Below, in pieces: positions 18,282 through 28,064 of a DNA stretch of 64,000 bases. The stretch covers positions 16,458 through 80,457 of the forward strand of contig JAFDWK010000020.1 of NCBI GenBank assembly GCA_018268515.1, in the 5' to 3' direction. The translations under genes were made by a program, and so were the position numbers. Position 1 is the stretch's first letter. Each line of letters opens with the position of its first letter. Source of the DNA: Actinomycetota bacterium (GTDB taxonomy: Bacteria > Actinomycetota > Actinomycetes > Actinomycetales > Microbacteriaceae). Below the pieces are notes generated by a model, which was not told the origin of the DNA, searched no databases, and worked only from the letters and a program-made list of their open reading frames with translations.

Positions 18282-20492
18282 ATGACGGGGGGCTGCGCGA
18301 CGATGGATGGCGCGACGACGGCGACAGCGCAGGAAGAGACCGCGAGCGACGCGGGCGGCGCACGACGACAGGGATCCGAGGGGCGCCGGATCGGCATCGC
18401 CGATGTCGTTCCGCACGTGCGATCCATCCTCGAGCGTCACTGCGGTGGCGACGCGACCGCGATCGCGCAGATGCTGGCGGCACTGGATCCCGAGCAGCGC
18501 CGAGGGTGGCGGATCCTGCCGGACCCGCTTCCGGCAGTCCCCGCGTTGGCCGCGCACGCCGAGCGGATCCTGCCCGTCGATGCCGATCCGGAACAGGTGC
18601 TGAGTCTCGCCGTGTGCGGCGCCGGATCGGTGCGGGTGCTGGCCGCGATCGCGGGATGCGCGCCCGATCGGATCCCGCAGTCGCCGCTGGCCGGTCTCGT
18701 CGACGTGCGCGGTGGGCGGTTCCGCTTCGTCGACGCGGCTCTGCGTGCGCACGTTCTCGCGGCGGCGACGCCGCAGGAGCGGCTGCGGGCGCACCGCCGG
18801 CTGGTGCCCCTGATCGCCGGGGCCGGAGCCGAGGCCGGAGATGAGGGCGCCGTGGCCTGGCACCGCGCCCGCGGCGCCCTGGCCGGTGACCCTGCCCTGG
18901 TCGAGCCGCTTCTCGGCCGGGCGTGCGACGCCCTGCGGTCGGGCGACGCCGAGCGCGCGTGGCGCGGCGCGGCGGAAGCCGCGGAGCACGCCCGGCCCGG
19001 CACGCCCGCGCACGCCCGGGCTCTGCTGTGCGGCGGACGCGCGGCGCTGGCCGGAGGATGGGTCGCCGACGCCGTGGAGCGCATCGAGCAGGCGCTGCGG
19101 ATCGAGGGCGGGCACCAGGGGGAGGCGACGGCCGCGCTCGTCCTCGCGCACGCCCTGCGCCACGGCTCGGTGCCGGCGCCGGACCAGCTGATGCCCGCCG
19201 CTGCGACCGGCCGAGGGTTCCGGCGTGCGGCGGCGCTGGGCGCGTCGCTCAGTGCGGAGCGCGGCGATCGCGAACGCCGCGCGCAATGGCTGGCCGTAGG
19301 AGCACGGCTCGGCCGGGATCCGGACGACCGCGCGACCCTGCTGGGGTGGTGCGATGCGCTGGCCGGGGATGCGCCGGTGGGCGACGCGGGTACCGGGTCG
19401 GTCGGCGATGCTGGACCGGCCCACCGCGTGGCGCACGCGCTGTGCGCGGGTCTCGACGGTGATCCGGATGCCGGAGTGCGCGCGCTGACCGAGCCGGGCG
19501 CGACCGACGTGGCGGACCCGGTCCTCGGCTTGTACGAGCACAGTCCGCTGCTGCGCGCGCGCCGTGCCGTCGTGGAGGTGATGCTGCATGTCTGGGCGGG
19601 ACGGATCGGCGCCGCATACGAGCTGCTGGCCGCATCGGCGGCGGAGCTTCCCGTGGCCCTGCCGTTCGCAGGCATCGCCGTCGCACTGTCCCGGCGGCTC
19701 GACCTCGCCGTGGACGGCCGCATCGGGACGCTCTCCCGGGAGCTGGCGGCCGGCGTGCCGTGGACGCAGGCGCCCGATGGGTTCGTGGACAGGGCGATCG
19801 ACGCCTACCTGCAGGGACGCAGCGACGAGGCCGCCGTGCACATGGCGCTGTGGGCCGACCGCGGGTGCCCCGGCGAGCTTCTCGGTCTTCCCGGCCTGGA
19901 CGAGATCGGGCCGCTGAGCACGTCGGCCGCTCCCGAGCCTCCGGACGCCGCGGACGCGCGTGCGCTGCGGGAGCGCGTCCGCGCGGCACGCGAGTCATCC
20001 TGGCGCACCGACCTCGACGTGGTGGCGGAGGAGAGCCGAGGCATCCGCTCCGCCTTCGAACGGGCCAGGGTCGAGGCGCTGCTGGGGTCGACCTGCGCGG
20101 CGCGAGGAGATCGAGGACGCGGCGTGCGGCATCTGCGGGCGGCTCGGAGCCTGTTCGACGAGTCCGGGGCGCGGGCGTGGCGGGGCATGGTCGACCGCCG
20201 GCTGCGGATGATGGCGGAGCGACGCCGGCGAGGTGCGGCGGACGACGAGACGCGCGCCGCGCCGCCGTCACTGGAGGTCTGCCGCGCGACGTGGGAGCCC
20301 GTGCTGACCGTGCGTGAGCTCGAGGTCGCGCTGCTCATCGCGGAGGGGCGGACGAACCGCGAGATCGCCGATGCCCTGCACGTGTCCGTGCGGACCGTCG
20401 AGGTGCACGGCGGGCGGATCTTCGCGAAGCTCGATGTGCGCACCCGTCACGAGCTGACCGTGCTCGCGCACCGCACGGACCAGCACCTCTGA
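18282..20492 (+). CDS. large LuxR-family transcriptional regulator with no recognisable Walker A motif
   Basis: The C-terminal HTH is LTVRELEVALLIAEGRTNREIADALHVSVRTVEVHGGRIFAKL. The Ala/Leu-rich repeat region is LAL-like. The start is uncertain (18192, 18282 or 18303). Confidence 0.75.
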   Translation: MTGGCATMDGATTATAQEETASDAGGARRQGSEGRRIGIADVVPHVRSILERHCGGDATAIAQMLAALDPEQRRGWRILPDPLPAVPALAAHAERILPVDADPEQVLSLAVCGAGSVRVLAAIAGCAPDRIPQSPLAGLVDVRGGRFRFVDAALRAHVLAAATPQERLRAHRRLVPLIAGAGAEAGDEGAVAWHRARGALAGDPALVEPLLGRACDALRSGDAERAWRGAAEAAEHARPGTPAHARALLCGGRAALAGGWVADAVERIEQALRIEGGHQGEATAALVLAHALRHGSVPAPDQLMPAAATGRGFRRAAALGASLSAERGDRERRAQWLAVGARLGRDPDDRATLLGWCDALAGDAPVGDAGTGSVGDAGPAHRVAHALCAGLDGDPDAGVRALTEPGATDVADPVLGLYEHSPLLRARRAVVEVMLHVWAGRIGAAYELLAASAAELPVALPFAGIAVALSRRLDLAVDGRIGTLSRELAAGVPWTQAPDGFVDRAIDAYLQGRSDEAAVHMALWADRGCPGELLGLPGLDEIGPLSTSAAPEPPDAADARALRERVRAARESSWRTDLDVVAEESRGIRSAFERARVEALLGSTCAARGDRGRGVRHLRAARSLFDESGARAWRGMVDRRLRMMAERRRRGAADDETRAAPPSLEVCRATWEPVLTVRELEVALLIAEGRTNREIADALHVSVRTVEVHGGRIFAKLDVRTRHELTVLAHRTDQHL

Positions 20493-20554
20493 CCGCGTCG
20501 CGCCTCTGGAGCGCCGGGCCGCACGCCGCGAACCGGACGGCGCCCGCGCCCGCG

Positions 20555-21451
20555 TCAGCGCGGCAGCAGCAGCTCGCCGTCCGTGGCCTCGAGGAGCCCA
20601 TCCGCGATGAGCGAGTCGATCGCCCTGTCGCGCTGCACGGCGTCCGGCCAGCCCGCGAGCACGGCGACGGCGGGCAGGCGATGGCCGTCGGCGTGCCGCA
20701 GCGCGCGCAGCACCCCGCCGCGCGCCTGCCGGTCCGACCCCTCGTACTTCGCCTGTCGTCGCCGGCGATCCTCGCCGTCGGGGAACCCTGCGGTGCGCCA
20801 GGCGCAGAGCGCGGCGAGAGGGCAGCGTGCGCAGTCCGCGCTGCGCGCGGTGCACACCGTCGCGCCGAGCTCCATGGTCGCGGCGTTCACGACGGCAGCG
20901 GCGCCGGGGTCGTCCGGCAGCAGGGCGAGCATGTCGTCCAGATCCCGGCGGGAGGGCGGATCCGGTTGGGCACGCCCGTGCACCGCGCGCGCGATCACGC
21001 GGCGCGTGTTCGTGTCGACCACGGGATGGCGGTCGCCGAACGCGAACACCGCGACGGCGCGAGCCGTGTAGTCGCCGATGCCGGGCAGCGCCAGCAGGGA
21101 CGGCACCTCGTGCGGGGTGATGCCGCCGTGCTCGTCGCGGATGGCGACCGCCGCGCGATGCAGCCACAGCGCACGGCGCGGGTAGCCGAGGTTCGCCCAT
21201 TGCTGCAGCACCTCGGCCGGGGTCGCCGCGGCGAGCGAAAGCGGATCCGGCCAGCGCGCGAGCCAGGCCTCGAGGTGCGGGATCACGCGGTTCACGGGGG
21301 TCTGCTGCAGCATGAACTCGCTGACCAGCACGCCCCACGCGCCGTACTCCGCGAGATACTCCGCGCGTCGCCAGGGCAGATCCCGCGCATGCTCCCGGTA
21401 CCAGGCGATCAGCTCTGGCGCGATCGACGCGGAGGCGGGGGAGTCGGGCAC
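20555..21451 (-). CDS. mutY: A/G-specific adenine DNA glycosylase
   Basis: The motifs are WYREHARDLPWRR, LPGIGDYTARAV and the 4Fe-4S cluster CTARSADCARCPLAALC. GTG 21451 is the proposed start. The rest of the 574-aa track ORF is antisense to truB. Confidence 0.85.
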   Translation of the reverse strand: MPDSPASASIAPELIAWYREHARDLPWRRAEYLAEYGAWGVLVSEFMLQQTPVNRVIPHLEAWLARWPDPLSLAAATPAEVLQQWANLGYPRRALWLHRAAVAIRDEHGGITPHEVPSLLALPGIGDYTARAVAVFAFGDRHPVVDTNTRRVIARAVHGRAQPDPPSRRDLDDMLALLPDDPGAAAVVNAATMELGATVCTARSADCARCPLAALCAWRTAGFPDGEDRRRRQAKYEGSDRQARGGVLRALRHADGHRLPAVAVLAGWPDAVQRDRAIDSLIADGLLEATDGELLLPR

Positions 21452-21511
21452 GGGAGTCCACGCTACCGCCCGCCGTTCGGGCGCGGCGCGCCCACGCTCT
21501 AGGCTGGGGGG

Positions 21512-22423
21512 ATGCCAGCCAGCGGGATCCTGCTCGTCGACAAACCGGGCGGGATGACGAGTCATGACGTCGTCGCCCGCACCCGCCGGGCCTTCGGCAC
21601 CCGCAAGGTCGGGCACGCCGGCACCCTCGACCCGATGGCGACGGGCCTGCTGGTGGTCGGGATCGAAGCGGCCACGCGTCTGCTCACCTTCGTGGTCGGC
21701 GCGGACAAGACCTACCACGCGACGATCCGGCTCGGGCAGAGCACCGGCACGGATGACGCCGACGGCGAGATCGTCGCCTCCGCCGACCCGGCGCGGGTGG
21801 CGGCCATCACCGCGGCGGAGATCGCCGCGGGCGTGGCCGCCCTCACCGGCGCCATCTCGCAGGTGCCGAGCTCCGTCTCCGCGATCAAGGTCGACGGGCG
21901 CCGTGCCTACGATCGCGTCCGGGCGGGGGAGGACGTGGTGCTCGCGGCCCGTGAGGTGGTCGTCTCCCGCTTCGACGTGCTCGACGACCGCCCCGCCCCG
22001 GCCGCGGACCCTGCGGTCGGAGTACGCGACCTGGACGTCGTGGTCGACTGCTCCTCCGGCACGTACATCCGCGCCCTCGCCCGCGACCTCGGCGTCGCCC
22101 TGGGCGTCGGCGCGCACCTCACGGCGCTGCGGCGCACGCGGGTGGGGTCGTTCGACGTCGCGGACGCGGTCGGCCTGGACGGTCTCGCCGAGGCGCAGCC
22201 CCTCACGGCCGCCGCGGCCGCCGCCAGGATCCTGCCCGTGCTCGATGTCACGGCGCAGGAGGCGATCGATCTGCGGCACGGCAAGCGGCTCGCCGGGCAG
22301 TGGGACCGGCTCGAGGGCGCCCGCGCGGCGGCCATCGACCCGGAGGGCGCGCTGATCGGGATCGTGGAGCGTCGCGGAAACGATCTGAAGAGCGCCATGA
22401 ACATGCCCGAGGGCGCGTCATGA
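21512..22423 (+). CDS. truB: tRNA pseudouridine(55) synthase
   Basis: The sequence is GILLVDKPGGMTSHDVVARTRRAFGTRKVGHAGTLDPMATGLLVVG. Confidence 0.95.
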   Translation: MPASGILLVDKPGGMTSHDVVARTRRAFGTRKVGHAGTLDPMATGLLVVGIEAATRLLTFVVGADKTYHATIRLGQSTGTDDADGEIVASADPARVAAITAAEIAAGVAALTGAISQVPSSVSAIKVDGRRAYDRVRAGEDVVLAAREVVVSRFDVLDDRPAPAADPAVGVRDLDVVVDCSSGTYIRALARDLGVALGVGAHLTALRRTRVGSFDVADAVGLDGLAEAQPLTAAAAAARILPVLDVTAQEAIDLRHGKRLAGQWDRLEGARAAAIDPEGALIGIVERRGNDLKSAMNMPEGAS

Positions 22424-22791
22424 TCCTGTGGTTCACCGTCGTCCAGCTCGCCGTCGCGGTGGCGGCGGGGCTGTTCTGCCTGGTCATGGGTTTCGCGGGC
22501 AAGCGTCCGAACGACTGGACCGTCGGCTCGCTCGCCCTGATCGAGGTGCTGCTGATCGTGCAGGTGGTGATGGCGATCGTGTCGCCGCTCGCTGGGAATC
22601 CCGCACTCGGCGACCCGCTGGAGTACGGCGTGTACCTCGTCTCGGCCGTGCTCCTCCCGATCGGCGGCGGTGTCTGGGCGCTTCTGGAACGCTCCCGCTG
22701 GAGCACGGTGATCATGGGCGTGGTCGCGCTGGCGCTGGCGGTGATGATCTGGCGGATGCAGGTGATCTGGATCACGCCGATGGGTGGCTGA
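22420..22791 (+). CDS. small integral membrane protein
   Basis: The ATGA overlaps the truB stop. There are four hydrophobic segments (MILWFTVVQLAVAVAAGLFCLV...). Confidence 0.6.
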   Translation: MILWFTVVQLAVAVAAGLFCLVMGFAGKRPNDWTVGSLALIEVLLIVQVVMAIVSPLAGNPALGDPLEYGVYLVSAVLLPIGGGVWALLERSRWSTVIMGVVALALAVMIWRMQVIWITPMGG

Positions 22792-22846
22792 GAGCACCTG
22801 CGCCCTGCGGATCACCGCCCGGCGGTTCCGTAGAATGGACCCCGCC

Positions 22847-23362
22847 ATGAGCACTGCGCCCCACTCGACCCCATCCGACTCCGCCTCTTCGCCGGACGCG
22901 GTATCCGCTGCGCCGGTGCGGCCGCGCATGCGTGGCGTGGGCCGTGTCCTGGTGATCGTCTACGCCGTGATGGCGCTCGGTGCGACCGGACGCTCGTTCG
23001 TGCAGATCGCGCGCGCCTTCGACGAGGCGCCGCTCGCGTACTCGCTGTCCGCCGCGTCCGCGGTCGTCTACATCGTCGCGACGCTCGCCCTCATCCTCTC
23101 GGCGCGGCCAGGGTGGTACCGGGTCGCCTGGGTCGCCATCGTCTTCGAGATGCTCGGCGTGCTGGTGGTGGGGACGCTGAGTCTGACCCATCCCGCGCTC
23201 TTCCAGCACCAGACCGTGTGGTCGCAGTTCGGCCTCGGCTACGTGCTGATCCCGCTGTTCCTGCCCATGGTCGGGCTGTGGTGGCTCGTGCAGCACCGTC
23301 CGTCGCGTGCGGTGCCGACGATGCCGGCCGTATCCGCGTCGTCGGAGGGATCCGGCGCATGA
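22847..23362 (+). CDS. integral membrane protein
   Basis: It has TM-rich segments (RVLVIVYAVMALGATG..., VAWVAIVFEMLGVLVVGTL...). Its stop overlaps the ribF start (ATGA). The start is uncertain (22835 or 22847). Confidence 0.55.
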   Translation: MSTAPHSTPSDSASSPDAVSAAPVRPRMRGVGRVLVIVYAVMALGATGRSFVQIARAFDEAPLAYSLSAASAVVYIVATLALILSARPGWYRVAWVAIVFEMLGVLVVGTLSLTHPALFQHQTVWSQFGLGYVLIPLFLPMVGLWWLVQHRPSRAVPTMPAVSASSEGSGA

Positions 23363-24330
23363 TCGTCTTCCGGGATCCGGCCGAGATCCCCGCGGACTTC
23401 GGCCGCACGGTCGCCGCTATCGGCAAGTTCGACGGCGTGCACTCCGGGCACCGCGCGGTGTTCCGTCGCGCCCGGCAGGACGCGACGCGGATCGGTGCGA
23501 AGACGGTGGCGGTCACGTTCGACCGCAACCCGCTGAGCGTGCTGCGACCCGACCGCTGCCCGGACGACCTCATGTCCGTCGAGCGCAAGATCGAGCTGCT
23601 CTCCGGATGCGGGCTCGACGCCGTGCTCGTGCTCACCTTCGACGAGCAGCTCGCCGCGCGCACGGCGGAGGACTTCGCGCAGGCGATCCTCGTCGACGCC
23701 CTGCACGTCGCCACCGTGCTGGTCGGCCGCGACTTCCGCTTCGGCCGGGGCGGCAGCGGCACGCCCGCGCTGCTGGCCGAACTCGGCGCAGCGGGCGACT
23801 TCACGGTGGACGTGATCGAGGACGTGTTCCTCGAGGGCACCGACCGCCGGGTCTCGTCCTCGTGGGTGCGCGAGCTGCTCGCCGCCGGGGACGTCACCCT
23901 CGCGGGCGCGGTGCTCGGGCGACCGGTGTCGGTGCGCGGCGAGGTCGTGCACGGTCTCGAACGCGGGCGAGAGCTCGGGTTCCCGACGGCGAACCTTCCC
24001 GCGCTGCTCGACGAGCTGGCGCCGGCCGACGGCGTCTATGCGGGCCGGCTGGTCGACCACACCACCGGGCTCGCCCATCCCGCGGCGATCTCGGTCGGCA
24101 CCAACCCCACGTTCGACGACGTGCTGCAGCGCCAGGTCGAGGCGCACGCGATCGACAGCCCGGGTCTGGACCTGTACGGCCACGACGTCACCGTGGAGTT
24201 CTCCCACCGCCTGCGCGGGATGACGGCGTTCGACAGCATGGAGGCGCTCGTCGCGGGGATCGCGTCGGACGTGGAGCAGGCGAGGGCCCTTCTGGGCATG
24301 CCGGATCCGGCGGACTCGCGCACGGAGTGA
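23359..24330 (+). CDS. ribF: bifunctional riboflavin kinase / FMN adenylyltransferase
   Basis: The blocks are AIGKFDGVHSGHRAV, GFPTANL and PTFD. Confidence 0.93.
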   Translation: MIVFRDPAEIPADFGRTVAAIGKFDGVHSGHRAVFRRARQDATRIGAKTVAVTFDRNPLSVLRPDRCPDDLMSVERKIELLSGCGLDAVLVLTFDEQLAARTAEDFAQAILVDALHVATVLVGRDFRFGRGGSGTPALLAELGAAGDFTVDVIEDVFLEGTDRRVSSSWVRELLAAGDVTLAGAVLGRPVSVRGEVVHGLERGRELGFPTANLPALLDELAPADGVYAGRLVDHTTGLAHPAAISVGTNPTFDDVLQRQVEAHAIDSPGLDLYGHDVTVEFSHRLRGMTAFDSMEALVAGIASDVEQARALLGMPDPADSRTE

Positions 24331-24547
24331 CTCCAAGAGGGCTCGCGTGGCGTAAACTGGCCGCGAACCCGCTGTGACCGACGTGCGCGATGCACGCCCA
24401 CGGGGTTCTCGTCCGCCCGGGTCCGCGAAGCCTGCCGGCAGCCGCCCGTCCGTGGACACCGCGTCGTCGGGATGAGCACTGTCCGGGCGATGGATGTTCG
24501 GAACAGTCGCCGTCCTCTTCGAGACGGCCTCCACGCTCAGGAGGAGC

Positions 24548-26710
24548 ATGCCGACCACGGCGACCGCCACCCGGCGGAAGAAGACGTCGCGCCGAGACGA
24601 GGACGCGCCGCTGATCCCGATCCTCGCGCGAAAGGTCCGCGAGATCGAGGCCAAGGCCCAGCACGGGAAACTCGGGCCCACCAACCGCGTCAAGTTCCAG
24701 GTGATCGCGTTTCTGGTGCGCGAGGAGCGCGCCAGGGTCAAGAGCGACGCGGAGCTCGGCGATTCCGCCCGTGCCGAGCTCCTGAAACGCCTGGACGGCG
24801 TGGCGACGATCCTCGCGAAGACCGCGGCGCGCGACACCTCGCTGATCCAGCTGCTCGAGGCGGATCAGGCGACCAGCCCGGTCGCGAAGCGGATGCGCCG
24901 CGACTGGTTGCTGGAGTCCGGCGCCGAGCTGGCCCCGGAAGAGCTCGTGATCGCCGACGTCGCCCGCGTGCAGCAGGCGCCCGTGGTGCCGGCAGCCCTC
25001 GCGGAGCGCCAGGTCACACCGCCGTCCGTGGAGTCGCGCATGCTCGCGAACCCCTTCCACGCCCCGGATCTCACGCCCCGGGCGGCGGCTACGCCCCGCC
25101 GTCGGCTCGACGGCTGGGAGCTGATGGGGCCGCTGTACAAGGCGTTCGAGTCGGGCGCCGGGGGATCGGCGGCTTCGATGGAGCTGCCGCCGCTGCCCGA
25201 GTACGACCACCTCTCGCCCAAGGGCCTCGAGGTGATGGTGCACCAATCCCGGTTCGTGGAGTCGGTGCGGGCGGGGCACCGGTCGTTCCTGCTCGCCGAC
25301 GAGCCGGGGCTCGGCAAGACCGCGCAGTCGGTGCTCGCCGCCTCCATCGCGAACGCCTATCCGCTGCTGGTGGTCGTGCCGAACGTCGTGAAGATGAACT
25401 GGGCGCGCGAGGTGGAGCGGTGGACCCCGCAGCGCCGCGCCGCGGTGATCCAGGGCGACGGTCAGGACGTCGACGCCTTCGCGGACGTCTTCATCGTGAA
25501 CTACGAGATCCTCGACCGGCACCTGTCCTGGCTCGGCGAGATCGGCCTGCGCGGCATGGTCGTCGACGAGGCGCACTTCATCAAGAACCTCTCCTCGCAG
25601 CGCTCGCAGAACGTGCTCGCCCTCGCGGCCCGGATCCGCGAGCAGTCGCCGGGCGGTCACCCGCTGCTCATGGCGCTCACCGGAACGCCGCTGATCAACG
25701 ACGTCGAGGATTTCGACGCGATCTGGCGGTTCCTCGGCTGGACCAACGGCGAGCGGCCCTCGGCCGAGCTCGCGGACAAGCTCGACGCGACCGGGCTCAC
25801 CCCCGCGGACAAGGCGTTCTACGGCGAGGCCAGGGACGCCGTCATCTCGATGGGCATCGTGCGCCGCAAGAAGAAGGACGTGGCCGCCGACCTGCCCGAC
25901 AAGCTCATCGCCGATCTGCCCGTGCAGCTCGACGACGAGTTCGGCCGCAGCATCCGCCAGGCCGAGGCCGAACTGGGCGCCCGGATGGCGGCGAAGTACC
26001 GCCGGATCATCGAGGCACGCGGCGAGCGCGGTGCCGACCGGTCCCTGAGCCTGTCGAAGGGCGAGATCGACGAGGACATCGTGCGCCTGGTCGCGCACGG
26101 CGAGCTCGAGGAGTCGAAGGCGGCGGGCACCGGCGGGGACAACGTCTTCACCATGGTCCGCAAGATCGGCCAGGCCAAGGCCCTCCTCGCGGCGGACTAC
26201 GCCGCACAGCTGCAGCGCTCGGTCGGCAAGGTGGTGTTCTTCGCCAAGCACGTCGACGTGATGGACCAGGCCGAGGCGCATTTCGCGGCGGCCGGGATCC
26301 GTTCCGTCTCGCTGCGCGGCGACCAGACCGCGATCGCCCGGCAGCAGGCGGTCGACGCGTTCAACGGCGACCCCGAGGTCGGGATCGCCGTCTGCTCGCT
26401 GACCGCGGCGGGCGTCGGCGTCAACCTGCAGACGGCCTCGAACGTGGTGCTGGCCGAGCTCAGCTGGACCGCGGCGGAGCAGACCCAGGCGATCGACCGG
26501 GTGCACCGGATCGGGCAGGACGAGCCGGTCACGGCGTGGCGGATCATCGCCGCGCACACGCTCGACACGAAGATCGCCGAGCTCATCGACCAGAAGCAGT
26601 CCCTCGCCGCGCGCGCTCTCGATGGGGAGGCCGTGGAGGAGGGCGCGAGCGAGTCGGTGCAGCTGGCGGCGCTCATGCACCTGCTGCGCGAGGCTCTCGG
26701 CGGCGATTGA
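24548..26710 (+). CDS. SNF2-family DEAD/DEAH-box helicase
   Basis: The motifs are LADEPGLGKTAQS, VVDEAHFIKN, LTGTPLIND and a helicase-C block QAIDRVHRIGQ. AGGAGG precedes ATG 24548. Confidence 0.85.
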   Translation: MPTTATATRRKKTSRRDEDAPLIPILARKVREIEAKAQHGKLGPTNRVKFQVIAFLVREERARVKSDAELGDSARAELLKRLDGVATILAKTAARDTSLIQLLEADQATSPVAKRMRRDWLLESGAELAPEELVIADVARVQQAPVVPAALAERQVTPPSVESRMLANPFHAPDLTPRAAATPRRRLDGWELMGPLYKAFESGAGGSAASMELPPLPEYDHLSPKGLEVMVHQSRFVESVRAGHRSFLLADEPGLGKTAQSVLAASIANAYPLLVVVPNVVKMNWAREVERWTPQRRAAVIQGDGQDVDAFADVFIVNYEILDRHLSWLGEIGLRGMVVDEAHFIKNLSSQRSQNVLALAARIREQSPGGHPLLMALTGTPLINDVEDFDAIWRFLGWTNGERPSAELADKLDATGLTPADKAFYGEARDAVISMGIVRRKKKDVAADLPDKLIADLPVQLDDEFGRSIRQAEAELGARMAAKYRRIIEARGERGADRSLSLSKGEIDEDIVRLVAHGELEESKAAGTGGDNVFTMVRKIGQAKALLAADYAAQLQRSVGKVVFFAKHVDVMDQAEAHFAAAGIRSVSLRGDQTAIARQQAVDAFNGDPEVGIAVCSLTAAGVGVNLQTASNVVLAELSWTAAEQTQAIDRVHRIGQDEPVTAWRIIAAHTLDTKIAELIDQKQSLAARALDGEAVEEGASESVQLAALMHLLREALGGD

Positions 26711-26731
26711 CCGCACCGGTCACAGGATGTC

Positions 26732-26779
26732 AAGAACGGCGCTTCTTCTCCCGACTCTGAGGGGTGAGGCGCCGTTCTT
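26732..26779. other. 11-bp perfect inverted repeat AAGAACGGCGC / GCGCCGTTCTT with a 26-nt loop, between the SNF2 gene and pfkA
   Basis: Read directly. It is flanked by the direct repeat GTCAAGAA. Confidence 0.4.
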
Positions 26780-26926
26780 CGTCAAGAAGCCGGGAACTCC
26801 GCGAGGTCGTGTGTAAGAACTCCGCTTTTCGGCACCGCGGAATGGCGCCCGGCGGCCGATCGGCACTAGGGTCGAACGAGGCAACGGCGCCGCGCTTCCA
26901 TCCCCTTTCCCCTTTGAGGACGTCCC

Positions 26927-27955
26927 ATGAAGATCGGCATCCTGACCAGCGGTGGCGACTGCCCCGGCCTGAACGCGGTCATCCGCGGCATCGTGCTCAA
27001 GGGCACCACCACGTACCAGCTCGAGTTCGTCGGCATCCGCGACGGCTGGCGCGGAGTCGTCGACGGCGACTTCTTCCCGCTCACCCGGCACGAGGTGAAG
27101 GGCCTGAGCAAGGTCGGCGGCACGATCCTCGGCACGAGCCGCACGAACCCGTACGAGGGGCCGCGCGGAGGCGCCGAGAACATCGCGAAGACCCTTGCCA
27201 AGCACGGCATCGACGGCATCGTCGCAATCGGCGGCGAGGGCACGCTGGCCGCCGCGGACCGGCTGGCGAACGACGGCATCAACGTGCTCGGCGTGCCGAA
27301 GACCATCGACAACGACCTGCGCGCGACCGACTACTCCTTCGGCTTCGACACCGCGGTGAACATCGCGACGGACGCCATGGACCGGCTGCGCACCACCGGC
27401 GACTCGCACCAGCGCTGCATGATCGCCGAGGTCATGGGCCGCCACGTGGGCTGGATCGCCCTGCACGCCGGCATGGCCGCCGGAGCCCACGCGATCTGCA
27501 TCCCCGAGGTGCCGATGTCGATCGAGGAGATCTGCGACCTCGTCACGCAGGCGAGCGATCGCGGTCGTGCGCCGCTGGTCGTGGTGTCCGAGGGATTCAA
27601 GCTCAAGGGCATGGATCAGGCCTTCAGCGACAAGGGCCTCGACGCGTTCAACCGCCCGCGCCTCGGCGGCATCAGCGAGATCCTCGCGCCGGAGATCGAG
27701 AAGCGCACCGGCATCGAGACCCGCTCCACGGTGCTCGGCCACATCCAGCGCGGCGGATCGCCCTCCGGCTTCGACCGCGTGCTCGCGACCCGTCTCGGCC
27801 TGCACGCCGCCGACGCCCTCGTGGACGGCGCCTGGGGCCAGATGGTGGCACTGCGCGGCACCGACATCGTGCGCGTGCCGTTCGCCGAGGCGCTCGGCGA
27901 ACTGAACACCGTCCCGCTGCAGCGCTACGAGGAGGCCGCCGCGCTGTTCGGCTGA
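26927..27955 (+). CDS. pfkA: 6-phosphofructokinase
   Basis: The sequence is MKIGILTSGGDCPGLNAVIRG...GIPKTIDND-like (GVPKTIDNDL). Confidence 0.93.
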   Translation: MKIGILTSGGDCPGLNAVIRGIVLKGTTTYQLEFVGIRDGWRGVVDGDFFPLTRHEVKGLSKVGGTILGTSRTNPYEGPRGGAENIAKTLAKHGIDGIVAIGGEGTLAAADRLANDGINVLGVPKTIDNDLRATDYSFGFDTAVNIATDAMDRLRTTGDSHQRCMIAEVMGRHVGWIALHAGMAAGAHAICIPEVPMSIEEICDLVTQASDRGRAPLVVVSEGFKLKGMDQAFSDKGLDAFNRPRLGGISEILAPEIEKRTGIETRSTVLGHIQRGGSPSGFDRVLATRLGLHAADALVDGAWGQMVALRGTDIVRVPFAEALGELNTVPLQRYEEAAALFG

Positions 27956-27988
27956 GCAACAGGCCGACGCGACCGGATCTCCGCGAAG

Positions 27989-28021
27989 GTGCAGGGCAGG
28001 ATCTCGGATCCTGTCCTGCAC
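27989..28021. terminator. bidirectional hairpin between the convergent genes pfkA and ptrB
   Basis: GTGCAGGGCAGGATC-TCG-GATCCTGTCCTGCAC forms a 15-bp stem with one mismatch. Confidence 0.6.
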
Positions 28022-28064
28022 AAACGCCTCCGGCCTCGAAAGGCGCGGCCTTGAGACGCCGGGT

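Noticed and set aside
24548-26710. The SNF2 helicase as part of a phage-defence system
   Set aside because: No associated methyltransferase, nuclease, PLD or DUF-type defence partners lie on either side. The neighbours are ribF and pfkA.
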